Of a stretch of DNA of 64,000 nucleotides, positions 10,316-22,424 are shown in pieces. Position 1 is the first letter of the stretch; each line of letters opens with the position of its first letter. Under the pieces are notes generated by a model. It was not told the DNA's origin and ran no database searches. It worked only from the letters and a program-made list of their open reading frames with translations. The DNA lies in NCBI GenBank assembly GCA_010356995.1, contig ML996703.1:1-64000 (forward strand). Reading direction: 5' to 3'. Origin of the DNA: Trichodelitschia bisporula. Taxonomy: Eukaryota. The translations under genes and the position numbers were made by a program.

Positions 10316-12798
10316 TCTTGGAAGGACTGGTGGAGAGGGAAGACTGATGGGACGGCGATGGAAGTAGAGTTAAAGCTTTGATATTGACAGAGTTGCAGAC
10401 TGACGCAAAAGCTGGCAGACTGATGTTGGCGCCTGTCTCTAGCTTTTATTCGCCCGGAGGTATGACGCAGGGCCTCGTGGCTCGACAGCTCCGTCCCCGT
10501 TCCGGCAGGGCTGTTCCCCGCAACCTGTGGCTGTGTATGGAATGATGGGAGAAGGGCGCACGATGAGTGGCTAGCAAAGGCTTGGTTTGCCTTGCTGAAC
10601 TGGGGGTGAAGTGTGATGGCATGGCTAATGGGGCGCTGTCATTCGCGCTGATTTTCGGTTCGTAAAATCCCGCGCGGTATGTGAATGCATTTTCTCTGGA
10701 ATGAAGCCCTCTTGAAACCGTCCTTCGCCGCCTTTAGCAGCGCTCAAGCGACAGTGACTGGGCCTCGGCATCGGGATTCTCCTTTATGAGACTGGCGCAA
10801 CTGGAAGAGCGGATGCAGACAGCAGACAGCAGATGAGAATGTCGTGCAAAACAGTTATCAATCGCATTACTCATCCCGCAGTAAAGCCTCGTGCGCGTCC
10901 TGCATACCCGTTGTGGCGCCGGCGCGTGACGTCAACCCCAACCCCGCTCCGCCACACGCCAACGTCCTTGGTCATCATCGACACTTTCTTTCGGCCCCCG
11001 GCAAGCCGCTTGATTCTCCTGGGTTTCCATTAGCGCTCGGGATCGGGCATTAGTTCCGCTGGGCCTCGCGCTAGAGGAGCCGCAGAGGTTAGGCCAGCGA
11101 AGGCGCTGACGACGACAACTACAACAAAAGAACGACGACGCCCACGGCGACGCGGCACTCCTCCAGCCTCCTGTTAACCTCGTACTGTTGACCATGCATT
11201 CAGGCGCATGCTTGCGTTGTATTCGGGGCAGATGCAAGGCCAGATCGGCCTTTTGTCCCTGGTGACGCGGTCTCCGGCGCACGATCGAAGCTTTTCCATC
11301 ACTTAAGCTGCGGCTTTCTGGAAAGGCTTCATCCCTTCAAACACTGCCCTCAAATGCAGCCCTGCGTACACGATTTTGCGTCACTAGCGTTTGAAAGTGC
11401 CTGGCTGAGGGTTCGCAGTGTGCTTTACAAAGGGTGGATGGGCCGATACAGCCGATGGCTGAACTGACGACAGCAGTGCACTCCAACTGCTTTGGATGGC
11501 CGATGGAGCTTATCCGGAGCGTGTTGATCGCGGCTCGAAGCATTGCGGACGTAGTCCTCCGGCATAGGCTTTGATTATCGTCAAAAGCGACTCTCACACC
11601 AATACGCTTACCGAAGGAGCCTCCGAAGCGAACCCCACAGAGCCGCGAATGAGCCGTCGAGGATCTCCACCGATCCTCCAACCTGCACCATGCTGAGCAT
11701 CCCACGGAGAACTGATCGACTCCAGCAATGCGCATCCTTTCAAACAAACAAAAATATGTCCAAGCCTCCAAACGAGCTCCATCGCAACCCTTCAAACGAG
11801 TCGCCAATTCCAGACCAGATAACGACCATCTTAAAACCAAACGAACCGGTCGATGCCCAAACAACCAATCCAAACGAACGAAACCACCCCCACATGCTCC
11901 GTGCTCAAACCCCTTAGCGTAGAGACTATTGAAACGTCCTTTTTCCCAGCAATTTACTCGATCTCCGCTATATGGCCTTTCCCATGGCCTCCCCATCAGA
12001 AGGCTCTATCACCACCACTTGTCGCCCGTCACCTATCACGCGCCATCAATCTCCAACTCTCGGCGCAGCGCGCTATCGCGAGGATCAATCCGCAGTCAAT
12101 CCAGTCAATCTTCAATCCGATCCGCAAGGTTGGTTTCGATTACCGTTTCAGGCTCGCTCCAAATGAAATCTATGTGTCGCCCCCATTGAAGGCAATGCTG
12201 TCAAGCTGGGACCGGTGCTTGTCGTGCTGGCGCGACGCGCAGGCCAACCGGAACCGAAGGTGGCGGGATTGGTCGTGCGCGGGTATCGGTGCCATCTACA
12301 ACGTCAGATTGACAACCCTCCACGCATCCCCGCTCCACCATTCAGTGGCTACGGCCCTGGCCCCAAGTGGCGGCGAGAACGACGCAATACCGACCGCCAT
12401 ATCGCCGCACATCTAGTGCCTGCATTAACCTCTTCTTGGTTCCCCAGTCGTTCCAGCATCCATCAGTCCACTTGAGTGCCATCAATCTTCATCTAGCCAC
12501 CCATGGAGCGGCTCATAAATTTGCATCCTTGCGATAGAGCGAACGACAGCCATCACCGTTGCACTATCGATGCGGCCGCAATGAGATCGAAGCTGCGTAG
12601 CGATAACGCCACGATATCGACGCTGTCCCGCTTTTGGCTTGGGTGGTGGCTTTAGTAGATGGACCGGGTCGAGTAGATGGACATATATCGTACTTGAGGG
12701 CGGTCCTCGTCCATCTGCGGCTCTGCGGCTTGCTCCTGTCTCTCCTTTACCGCTATCAACCCCACTACGGCCAGCCCCGCTATCGCTAACATACCACC

Positions 12799-14542
12799 AT
12801 GGGCTGGGGCGTACTCGAAGATCCGCGGTCGCCGCGCGCGCCGGGTACGGTGTTGCTGGACGACATCGGCAAGCTCCCCGACGCCGACTCTCCTGAGACG
12901 GCCAACCTGAAGAGAGACGGGCACATCATCCTGCAGCCGCAGCCGAGCGACTCAGTCAACGACCCGCTCAACTGGAGCCCGAAGCGCAAGACAGGTATCA
13001 TCTTCCTGCTGATCGTGTCGCTGGTAACCATTGGCGGCACGTCCGCCATGCTGGGGACCGGCGGCCGCAAGCTGGCGGAGCAGTATCATGTCGACTACCC
13101 GGCCGTCGTCCGCGCGCTCAGCCCACCGTCCATCGCGACCAACGCCGTCGCGCTGTTCCTGGCGTCGGCAATCGCGGCCGTGTATGGTAAGCGTGTGCAA
13201 ATGGTCGTCGCCATCGTTGCTCTGTGGTTCACGATGCTGGCCGGCTACTTTGCCAACTCGCTGGGCTACTATACCGGCCTGCAAGTCTCTGGCGGCCTTT
13301 TCCACGCGCCGTTCGAGCTGCTCCTAGCGCCCCTGATCACGGACATGATCTACGTGCACCAGCGTGGGCGACTGATGGCGCTGAGCGCCATTGTCGGCGT
13401 GGCCGGCGGCGACGCAAGGTACGTTTGCCGCTCGAAGCAAAGTCATGCTGACCCCTTAGTCACGTTATCGCTGGAAACATCGTCGCCAAGCTCGGCATCA
13501 AGTACACGTACATCGTCAGCTTCGGCGTGCTCGTGCCGCTGGTGGTGCTCATCTACTTCTTCGCGTGGGAGACGACATTCCCACGACCGATCGTGCAGCA
13601 GAACACGTCTGATAGTTTCGCCACCGCCGCCGACGTCGAGCTCAAGAAGCCACAAGTCACGATGATCGAGCGTGTCGAAACAGAGCAGTGGTCCGGCATC
13701 GGGCCGGATCGCACGCGTGACTATGCCGCGGACCGCAAGTTGACGTTCCGCGAGCAGTTGGTCGTGTTCCGCGGACGGGTTACGGACCGCAACTTCTTCA
13801 AGGCGTTCATGCAGCCGTTCCCGTTGATGGTGTTCCCGTCGGTACTCTTCTCGACCATCATCAATGGCGCCTTCATGACGTGGATGATCGTGTCCGGTAT
13901 CATCTCGCATCAGGTGCTGCTCTATCCACCGTACAATCTGAAGCCGGACGTGCTAGCGTACGTGGGTTTGCCAGGCAGCGTCGTCGGGCTGCTTTCTGCG
14001 GTTGGCGCCGGGCTGCTAAGCGACTGGGTGATCCGGTTCATGGCGCACCGCAACAATGGCGTGTACGAACCCGAGTTCCGCCTGGTGCTGATGGCGCCGG
14101 CGATCCTGTTTTCTACAATTGGCTTCCTCTCCATGGGGCCAGCGTACGCCGAACACGCCAAGGTAGTGCGGCTCATCGGCAACGGCCTCGTATTCCACAT
14201 CGCCGGGCCGTTCGCTAACTCGGCATGCATCACGTACATCTTCGACACGATGCAGAACACGAGTACCGAGGCCATGGTGGCGACAAGCCTGTTCAAGCAC
14301 ATTTTCGCCTTCTTCGCGACGACCTACGTGCCCGGCTGGTTCAAGCACGTCGGGCCGATCAAGTGCTTCCGCACGCTGGCGATTCTGAACATCTGCTTCT
14401 CGGTGATGACGATCCCGATGTACGTGTACGGCAAGCGGATGCGTGGAATGGTGAGATTTTTCTACAAGTCAGCAATCCTCAGTTCTAACGTGGGCAGATT
14501 GGACGCAACGAGTTTTTGACGAAGCACTCTCTGGTGCGCTGA
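12799..14542 (+). CDS. MFS transporter (HOL1/DHA1-like), 3 exons
   Basis: Motifs ILQPQPSDSVNDPLNWS, DMIYVHQRG, NNGVYEPEFRL, MYVYGKRMR. Introns 13419-13459 and 14451-14497. Confidence 0.93.
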
Positions 14543-14830
14543 GAGGTTTTGGGAGACGTCGAGAGGAGAGACGTGATGTGGCGGAAGTGAACGGGGTTAG
14601 ATATATGACCGGGGCACGGCGGTGGCTGCCTGGAGACACCGGTACCTTGTCGGGATTTCCGCCTTGGCCTGATTTATCGTCGGTTTTTCGGCGAACGCAA
14701 GACCCGATGCACTTTGTAGTACTTTGTACTGTTTTTGCTCTAAGATTCATTGGGATACGGACGGTATTAGGATAAACGGCGCAGGGAGTTGAATCGCTAG
14801 TTTGCACATGTTTCCACCAAGTCCTTCCGC

Positions 14831-16522
14831 CTACGACGCGCTGTCCTTGCTTGTCTCGTGCATCTCGACCGCCGGCTTCTCCACAATGTGCCCGCTCTCC
14901 GGCTGGTGCTTTGTGCCGCCCGTCGACGCTAGTGCCTCTTGCGCCAGTCTGTCGCGCTCTTCCTGCGTCAGGTCGTACCAGTGGCTCGCGACGTTGGTGT
15001 CGCCGAACAAGCTGCCAATCTCCTCGAGCGTGCGGCCCTTCGTCTCCGGGAACAGGAAGTAGATGCACGCAATGTAGAACGCCGACGGTATGATCAGAAC
15101 AAGATAAAACTTCCAACCTATGGCGTTGAGCGCGACTGGCGCGCCGACAAGCGTGATCTCCGACGCCAGGTAGAAGGAGGACAAGCCCAGGGCGACGCCC
15201 TGCGAGCGTAGGTGGTTGGGGAAGATTTCGGCAATGTACACGTACTGCGTTGCGTCGACGAAGAAGCACCACCACATGATGTAGAAGAAGACGAAGAAGA
15301 CGGCTGCGCGCAGACCTGCCTGGTTGTCTGTGTTGAGGAACGATGCTGTCAGTGCCGCGAGGCAGATAACCGACACGGTGCAGCCGATTGAGCCTATCAG
15401 CATGAAGGTGCGTCGCCCGTAGCGGTCGATGTAGAAGGCCGTCCATATGTTGCCGACGATGGTAATGGTGGTCCAGCACCCGTTGAGCAGCAGCGGGACA
15501 AAGCCCTTGAGCCCGAGGCTGGCATAGATGAGCACACCTAGGCCATTAGCACTCTGTGATCCGACGAAACACCATCACGTACCGTAGTTCGTCATCACGA
15601 AAATTCCCAAAAACTGGTCGCCCCACATGAGCAGGAACCCCATCAGTGCGCGTTTGCGATTTGCCGGCGTGCGGAAGATCTCAAACGGCCGCACCACCAT
15701 GTTCTTGTCGGCCTCGAACTGCTTCTCAATAAGATAAAACTCCTCGCGCGCCTTGACATCCTCCGGGTCACCCGGCGTGCGATGCAGTCGCTTCACAATA
15801 TCCAGCGCCTCCTCGCGCCGCCCCTCCTGCAGCAGCCACCGCGGACTGAAGGGGATGAAGCTGCTGCCAGCGAGCAGCACGAGGGGAAACACGCACTGGA
15901 ACGCGAGGGGAAAGCGCCACGCAAAGGACGCGTGCTTCGAGTCCGCCGGAAAGAAGTAGCAAGCGAAGCCGAGCCAGCCGGCGAGGGTGTAGCCGAGCGC
16001 ATACATGATCTCCGTCGGTGTCAGCGTGTATCTCTTGCCGTTGATATTGTCACTTACACCTGTGATCGACACCATAGCGCCGCGCGTCTCCGGCGTCGAC
16101 ACCTCGGCCTGGTACTGCGGCACGACGCACGCGAGCACACCAGCGCCCCAACCCGCGATGAAGCGCCCGACGAGGAACATGGCGATATTCACAGCTCCCG
16201 CACAAAGTCCGCCACCGATGACCAGCACAATCGCGCCCAACTGCATCGTCCGCTTGCGGCCCAGCTTGTCTGAGCTCCACGCGCTGTACAAACACCCGGC
16301 AATAGCACCAGCTGAATTGACGCCATTGAGTGCACCAATCATGTTCGTCGTGTGCGTGTAGCCCGGCTGCCCCGCAGTAGCGAGGTTGAAGTAGGTGTAG
16401 AAGTTGGGCTGGCCCACGGTGGACCCGATGATGGCGAGGCCATAGGCGGTGGAGATAATGCCTATAGACACGAAGAAGACGACCCAGAAGTTGAAGGCGT
16501 TGACTATCAGCTTGTTCAACAT
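14831..16522 (-). CDS. Sugar porter family MFS transporter, 3 exons
   Basis: Motifs DKLGRKR, GRFIAG, YQAEVS...RG, PFSPRWL, IDRYGRR, YIAEIFP, PETKGRTLEEI. Introns 16010-16057 and 15538-15582. Confidence 0.95.
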
Positions 16523-16744
16523 GGTTGCGACGAGCTGCGAGCTTGCTGCTGTGCGATGGTGGGCAGGCACGCCGTTTTGAGCTCACCGACTGTCATGGTG
16601 AACTCACGAGGCTGTCGCGGGGTCATCGCCGTGAGGGGTAGCTGACCGGGAGACGTTACCCCAGAGACATGGCGTTAGAATGCAGCCGTATACACATCGC
16701 AGTCAGCGAGTGTGAGTCTCTAGGAACGGTAGCGGGACCTGGTT

Positions 16745-16791
16745 TGCGGGGGAGGCACGACTAATCGCGGGACGCTAGAACCTCCCCCGCA
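16745..16791. promoter_or_regulatory. Inverted repeat containing paired CreA/Mig1-type SYGGRG sites
   Basis: Perfect 11-bp inverted repeat TGCGGGGGAGG-N25-CCTCCCCCGCA, about 220 bp upstream of the sugar porter ATG. Confidence 0.45.
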
Positions 16792-17186
16792 TTGCGGATC
16801 GCCAGGTGCATCGACACCCTCGGTTAGTTTGAGCGTCGGTGGGCCGGGGAAACGGTTTTGCGAAGCTAAAGAGGGGTTGGACGAGTCGCGATGCGGCCAG
16901 ACTCAGCCATGTGGTTCGTGATGAGCTGCGTGCTCTTCACTAGCGGTGAGATTGTGCTCCAAAAGAGGGTGAGACCCTAGTGCTGATCGAATCGTGACTG
17001 GAACCGCCTGCGAGGGCGCTGAGTGCCAAGGGTGGGATACTCGTGGGATATGATGTGGCGATGTGGGGTATCAAACAGTTGCTCTTGATGCTCTCTCAAG
17101 AGCGGTCAGGCTGTGCGCTGTGAGAGGTCGGAGAATCATGGTGGCGGATCTCAAAAGCGGGGTTGCCGCCCGCTGTGGGTAACGAG

Positions 17187-17283
17187 AAGCGTGGGGTCTC
17201 AAGCGTGGTCACTTAAGCGTGGTACCTTCATCGCGGTCACTTAAGCGTGGCCACCTGAGCGTGATAGTCACCTAAGCGTGGTC
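17187..17283. repeat. Degenerate ~14-bp tandem minisatellite (AAGCGTGGTCACTT)
   Basis: About 6-7 imperfect copies between the divergent sugar porter and GH16 genes. Confidence 0.8.
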
Positions 17284-18753
17284 TTTGTGCGGAGAACGCG
17301 TGCGGCGGGGGAAACTACCGTAGAGACGGAATAGAAGTGTAGAGGCGGGAAGAATAGCGTGGAGCGGGAACAAGCGTACCGGCAAGCGTCAGGAGCAAGC
17401 GTCGGGAGCAGGCGCCGGGAGGAAGAGGGGCTGGCGTTAAAAGTGACGTCGACAAAGTATCGGCGGCCCACGGAGAGGCCCACGAAATGGCCTTACGGTA
17501 AAGAGCACTGTTGTTCCTCCGTTCTGTCTGCATCTCGAGTCTCCTATCCCAACTTCGCGCCCGTTGATTAGCCACCTACTCTCCACCATCCCCAAGTCAC
17601 ACACACGCCTTGTACCGTGGCGCCTGGTCGCATAAAAGGCCTCATGGCTTCATACGCCCCGAAGCGCCTACATGCAACGGCAATGCATTCAGGCCTCAAT
17701 TCCAGCGACTCAGCGAGCGGGGAAAGCCACAAGCGCTGGGATTCCACAACCAGCAATGATATCCTACTTTATCTCCTAACACCCACATAAAGTCTCCGAC
17801 CGCTAATTCGGCACCAACAGAACAAAGTTCGACACTAGATCTCGCAATTGCGCCTAATCGTCATTGTATCACCTTCCGGCACACTGAACACTACCGCGTG
17901 GACAGCCGACGCAGGAACACCACTCTACTTTTGATGAGCCTACCCCGCACTTCGATCGACTCTGTCTGTCGTCTCTGCGAAACTGAGATTTGCTGGCGCA
18001 CAAATAGGAGAGACGGCGCATTGGTGGAATCCCGCCCGGCTGGTGATAGGTTGATTGCGGGGACCCACGCGGGCGCAGCCGACGATTGCCTTGATATCTG
18101 GGGTCGCTTCAAACCTCAACTCAGAAGCGCGTGGAGTGTGCGCCCTCAGGGGCGAACACTGCATCGCTGCCATCGCTCCACAATCTCGCATGCAATATAT
18201 CTTCCATTGCATTCTATATGTACAGGAGGCACAATCGCCTACCCAGTCAGACCGTCAGCGCTTCCAGCTGTCGTTCACAACTCGCCAGTCTAGACTGCCC
18301 CCCGCCCTGACGCCCGTGACAGGAGAGATAAGTGATATACATTCGTAGCCAGCCTACAGTTCGCTATTGTGGCGCAGCCTGGAGTGCATTGGCGCAGAAT
18401 GGGCGCACAGTTTCCTCAGTCAGGCAGTCGGGCGTCCACCACATGGGACTTCCTCGCTGCTTGCTGCATATCAGAGTGATCCAGCTGAGGGGGTACACTG
18501 GTGATGGGATGTGAACGCACCAAGCCACGCACGCTTGTGGCCAAATCACAACGTCCGCTCGCGTTGCTCCCCCGCTCGCATCAACTCCACCACCAGGTCC
18601 AATGTGACACCGCGCATTGCAGCTGGCAGCCCCCGGTCGCAACGGCGTGCATTTCATCGGGGCGCGCCCCGCTCAAATGGCTCGCTGCTTTCGCAGAGAT
18701 AGAGGACTCATGTCCATCGCCTGGCGCCCATCGACTGAAAAGGCCATCCCGCG

Positions 18754-19870
18754 ATGATGCTCCGTCTCGCGCTCTTCGTCGCCGTGGTCTTCGGCGCCGC
18801 GCTGCACGACAACTCCCTCGGCTGCGACTGCTACGAGACAGGCGCCTCATTCCCCGCCCGCTACGCATACCACCGCTTCTTCGACTTCCGCGCCGTGCCC
18901 GATGCCGTCCCCGTCGAGCCGGCCAACGTCTTCGCGGCGCAGGATAAGGGCCTCGAGAACGGGCAGCTGGGCTCGGCGTACGATCAGGCGTTTTTGACAG
19001 ACTGGACTATCTCGACGACGTCGACGGGGCCGTTGGCGCAGGCCCCAGTACGAAGGCAGGATAGCAAGGTGAATACGTATATTCGTGAGCTCTCCCACTT
19101 CATTCCTCTCTTCTTCCGATCTATACTAACCTAATCAGAAGGCAACGGCGGCGGCGGATCACGCCTCGTCCTGCGCGCCTACAAAGTCGGCCAATTCGCA
19201 TCGTCGGCGCAAATCGACTCCAAGGAGAACGACGTGCTCTTCGCCTCCATCCGCGTGAATGCGCGCGTGAGCGGCGGCACGGGCGCGGCAGCGAGTATCT
19301 ATGCAGCGGCTGGGGACAGCGACCTCGATATCCTGACCCGCGACCCGCCGACGCAGATCCGTTACACGGGTCAGGCCAGCGCAAGCGATAACGGTAGCGC
19401 TCAACCCATTGCCATGCCCAATGGCGTGTCGTGGGGCGACTTCAATGAGTACCGTCTGGACTGGCGTTCTGATGTCAGTGCGTGGTCCGTCAATGGCGCA
19501 CTGGTCGGCAGCAAGCAGTTTGGTGTACCGAGTTCACCTGGCGGGTTGACGCTGAGCATGGTACGTATCGCTGAAGTTCATGTCGATCGTCAGTGGCTAG
19601 AACTAATGACCACAGTGGAACAACGGCGGCCCCATCAGCGGCAACATGAGCACCGAAACGTCAGCACACTTCGAGATCCAATGGATCCAAATGGTCTTCA
19701 ATACATCCACGCCCGTCATGACGCCCTGCAAGCGGGTCTGCGCCGTCGACGGCGTGCAGAAAGTCGGCTACCCAGAGCTGGAGCACAAGGGTGCGGGGTC
19801 GCAGATTATAGTGCAGACCTGGCACACGGTCCTCGTGCTAGCCATGTCAATTAGCCTTTTGTGTTTCTAA
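18754..19870 (+). CDS. Secreted GH16-fold protein with degenerate catalytic motif and hydrophobic (GPI-like) C-terminus, 3 exons
   Basis: Signal peptide; CDCY; HRFFDFR; DILTRDP; FNEYRLDW; LSMWNNGG; FEIQWIQMVFN; CKRVCAVDG. Introns 19085-19138 and 19561-19615. Confidence 0.85.
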
Positions 19871-20265
19871 ATCTGCCGGCGTCGAAAGCCGGGTCCCACG
19901 TGCCGAGCATTGGTGTCGCATCATGTCCTCAGCCCAGTCATTCACTCGGTCAGCATTGTGTCCACACGGCATGCCGCACGCTCCCTCCACACGTGCCCCA
20001 GGTATTTTCCCGTCGCCCTGCAATATCGGCTGCCGCTGCCCCCAACTGCCGATGCCCCCAACTGCCGACGCCCCCTAGGGCACACCGCGTACATTTCCCA
20101 ATGAAGCTGCGCTTAGGGTTCGGCAAGCTAGCCGGGCCGTGCGGCGTAGATTGAGTGCAACACCGGGACGAGATCTCGGTATAGATGTGGAGTAGGTCGT
20201 GGTATAAGAGCAGTGCAGCATCCCAGCGTGAACTGCAACCGCCAACCTCGCCGCCGACCTGCACA

Positions 20266-21218
20266 ATGCGTCTCTCCACCTTCGTTTCCGTGTGCTTCGT
20301 GGCCGTCGCCCAGGCCCAGGGTATCAACAAGGTCAACGAGCGGGAATGGGCCACCGGCGGCAACCCCACCAAGCTGGACATGTTCTACTACGCACCGGCG
20401 GACCTGCCGCCCAACTCGCCCATTGTGGTAGCAGTGAGTACCCAGTGATCCGTTCTCCAGCGTGAACACCCACTCACCCCCCCTCCCAGATCCACTACTG
20501 CCTCGGGTCCGCCGCCATGTACCACAGCAGCGCCAACTTCGTCCCAGCCGCCGGCCAGTACAAGTTCGCCGTCATCTACCCCCAGGCCTCGCACGACAAC
20601 CGCTGCTGGGAGGTAAACACAGAGCGCACGCTCACGCGCGGTGGCGGCGGCGACTCCGATGGCATCGCCAAGATGATCAACTACGTGGCCACGAAGCACA
20701 AGTCGGACCTCAAGCGCGTGTACGTGCTCGGCTCGTCGAGCGGCGGTATGATGACCAACGTCATGGCGGCGACGTATCCGGACCTGGTCGCGGGCGCGGC
20801 GTCCTTCTCCGGCATCCCGTACGGGTGCCTGAAAGGAAGCCGCGGCGCGAGTCCCATGTCGGATAACTCGCCGTGTGTCAAGGGCGGTGTTAAGAAGTCG
20901 GGTGCGGAGTGGGCGGCCATGGTTAAAAGCGCTGCTAAGGGCGTCAGCGCGAATTATCCGCCTTTCCAGGTGTGGCATCAGACACAGGATCCGGTGGTCA
21001 ACTTTGCGCTTGCGGCTGAGCAGGTCAAGCAGTGGACCAGTGTGCATGGTATCAGCGGTACGGAGACGAGCACGCAGCGTAACACGCCCAAGTCGGGGAC
21101 AACAAAGCACATCTATGGCGACGGCACGAAGGTTGTGTTTTATGAGGTCCAAGGCGCGGGACATCCGTGCCCAGTGAACATCCCGGAGGTACTCAAGTGG
21201 TTTGGCATCTCGAAGTAG
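20266..21218 (+). CDS. Secreted CE1 acetylxylan/feruloyl esterase (PHB-depolymerase-type fold), 2 exons
   Basis: Signal peptide; intron 20434-20489 restores IVVAIHYC; GSSSGGMMTNV nucleophile elbow; ATYPD; WHQTQD; GAGH. Confidence 0.93.
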
Positions 21219-22424
21219 CTGTATTCACACCGTGCAATGGGAGCATAGGTTTGGCAAATGCAATGGCTAAGGTTTGAAGTGAAAGATTGTGAAAGGACGA
21301 AAGAGAGGAGAGTCCGAGACACTCGAGACTGGATACATTGCGGATGTCCAAGATCCTCAAATACTCCTTCCTCCCATATTTGCGTGTCATGCTGAGAAAA
21401 TGTCAGCACTCGTCTTGCGAAAATAGCTTTAGAACTTGTTCCATCGAGTATCAGAACCAGCAAGCAGCATCTGGCCCCGGATCTGGCGCTTTGAACGTGA
21501 GAATGGATTGTCCACCAACTGAGGATGCTTCGTCAGTGATATTGAATGCGGGCTGCCTCCACTGTTCGGTTCAGCGCTCAACCGGTACCGTTAATCCTGC
21601 TTGATCCTGACTTGTTGACCCCGTTCCCCTCCTCAGCAGTCATTTCGTTACGCTGGCAAATGCCGTCAGTCGTCCGTGGTAGCCTTGCGGGTTTGCTTCC
21701 CGTGCCATCACCCTTTGGCACGTCAGGTCACGCCCGTGTTTCGGCATCCGGCATCTCCGAATCGCTTAATGCATTCAGATCCGATTAGCGACGCAGCGAT
21801 CCAAACCGGCAAAGTGTCGAGATTCGAGATCCGATCCATTCATACAGCCACTATCTCTGCGGCGGTTAGCTGTTGAATCCGGGCATTTGGTCGAGGAACG
21901 AGGCTCGAGCCCCATCCCGACAGAAACCCGTGGCCTGGAATATCCGGCTCGAGCCATGGCTTCCACATCACGGAGTTCGGCCTCACTTTACAACCATAAC
22001 CACAAGTCACCAGTCGTCAGGCTCAAAGCATCACCTCAAACATCATCAATACACTAACTCAGAACAGCCCATGATCATGCCGAACCACACATACAAACCC
22101 GGGGATAACCCACCATCAGACAGAAGAAGCGAACGAAGAATAAGAAAAACACTAGTCATACAACACAAACACCCATATTGCCCTCAATGCCACAACCACA
22201 AACAAAACGCTGCCGCAGCGGCGGGTATTCGAGAACAGCTGCAGAACGGAAACACGAAAAAATCTCAGAGAAAAAAAGGAATGATCATGCGCAGAAAAGA
22301 AAAAAACGCCGCCCCCCAGAGCCCTCCCATTAGCCTCCGTATCAGATCGGTCTTTGCCTTCGTGGAGAGCCGTCATTAGAGATGAAAACGCCCTTCTCTT
22401 CTTCCCCCATCACCCCTTTTCCTC

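Noticed and set aside
10400..12700. Short ORFs in the MARVEL-MFS intergenic region
   Set aside because: No codon bias, domains or consistent splice structure.
16522..16596. Upstream ATG at 16596 of the sugar porter as uORF or extra micro-exon
   Set aside because: Could join in frame through a 38- or 41-nt intron but lacks a good branch point; not resolvable from sequence.
17187..17283. CRISPR-like array
   Set aside because: No unique spacers, no cas genes, eukaryotic genome.
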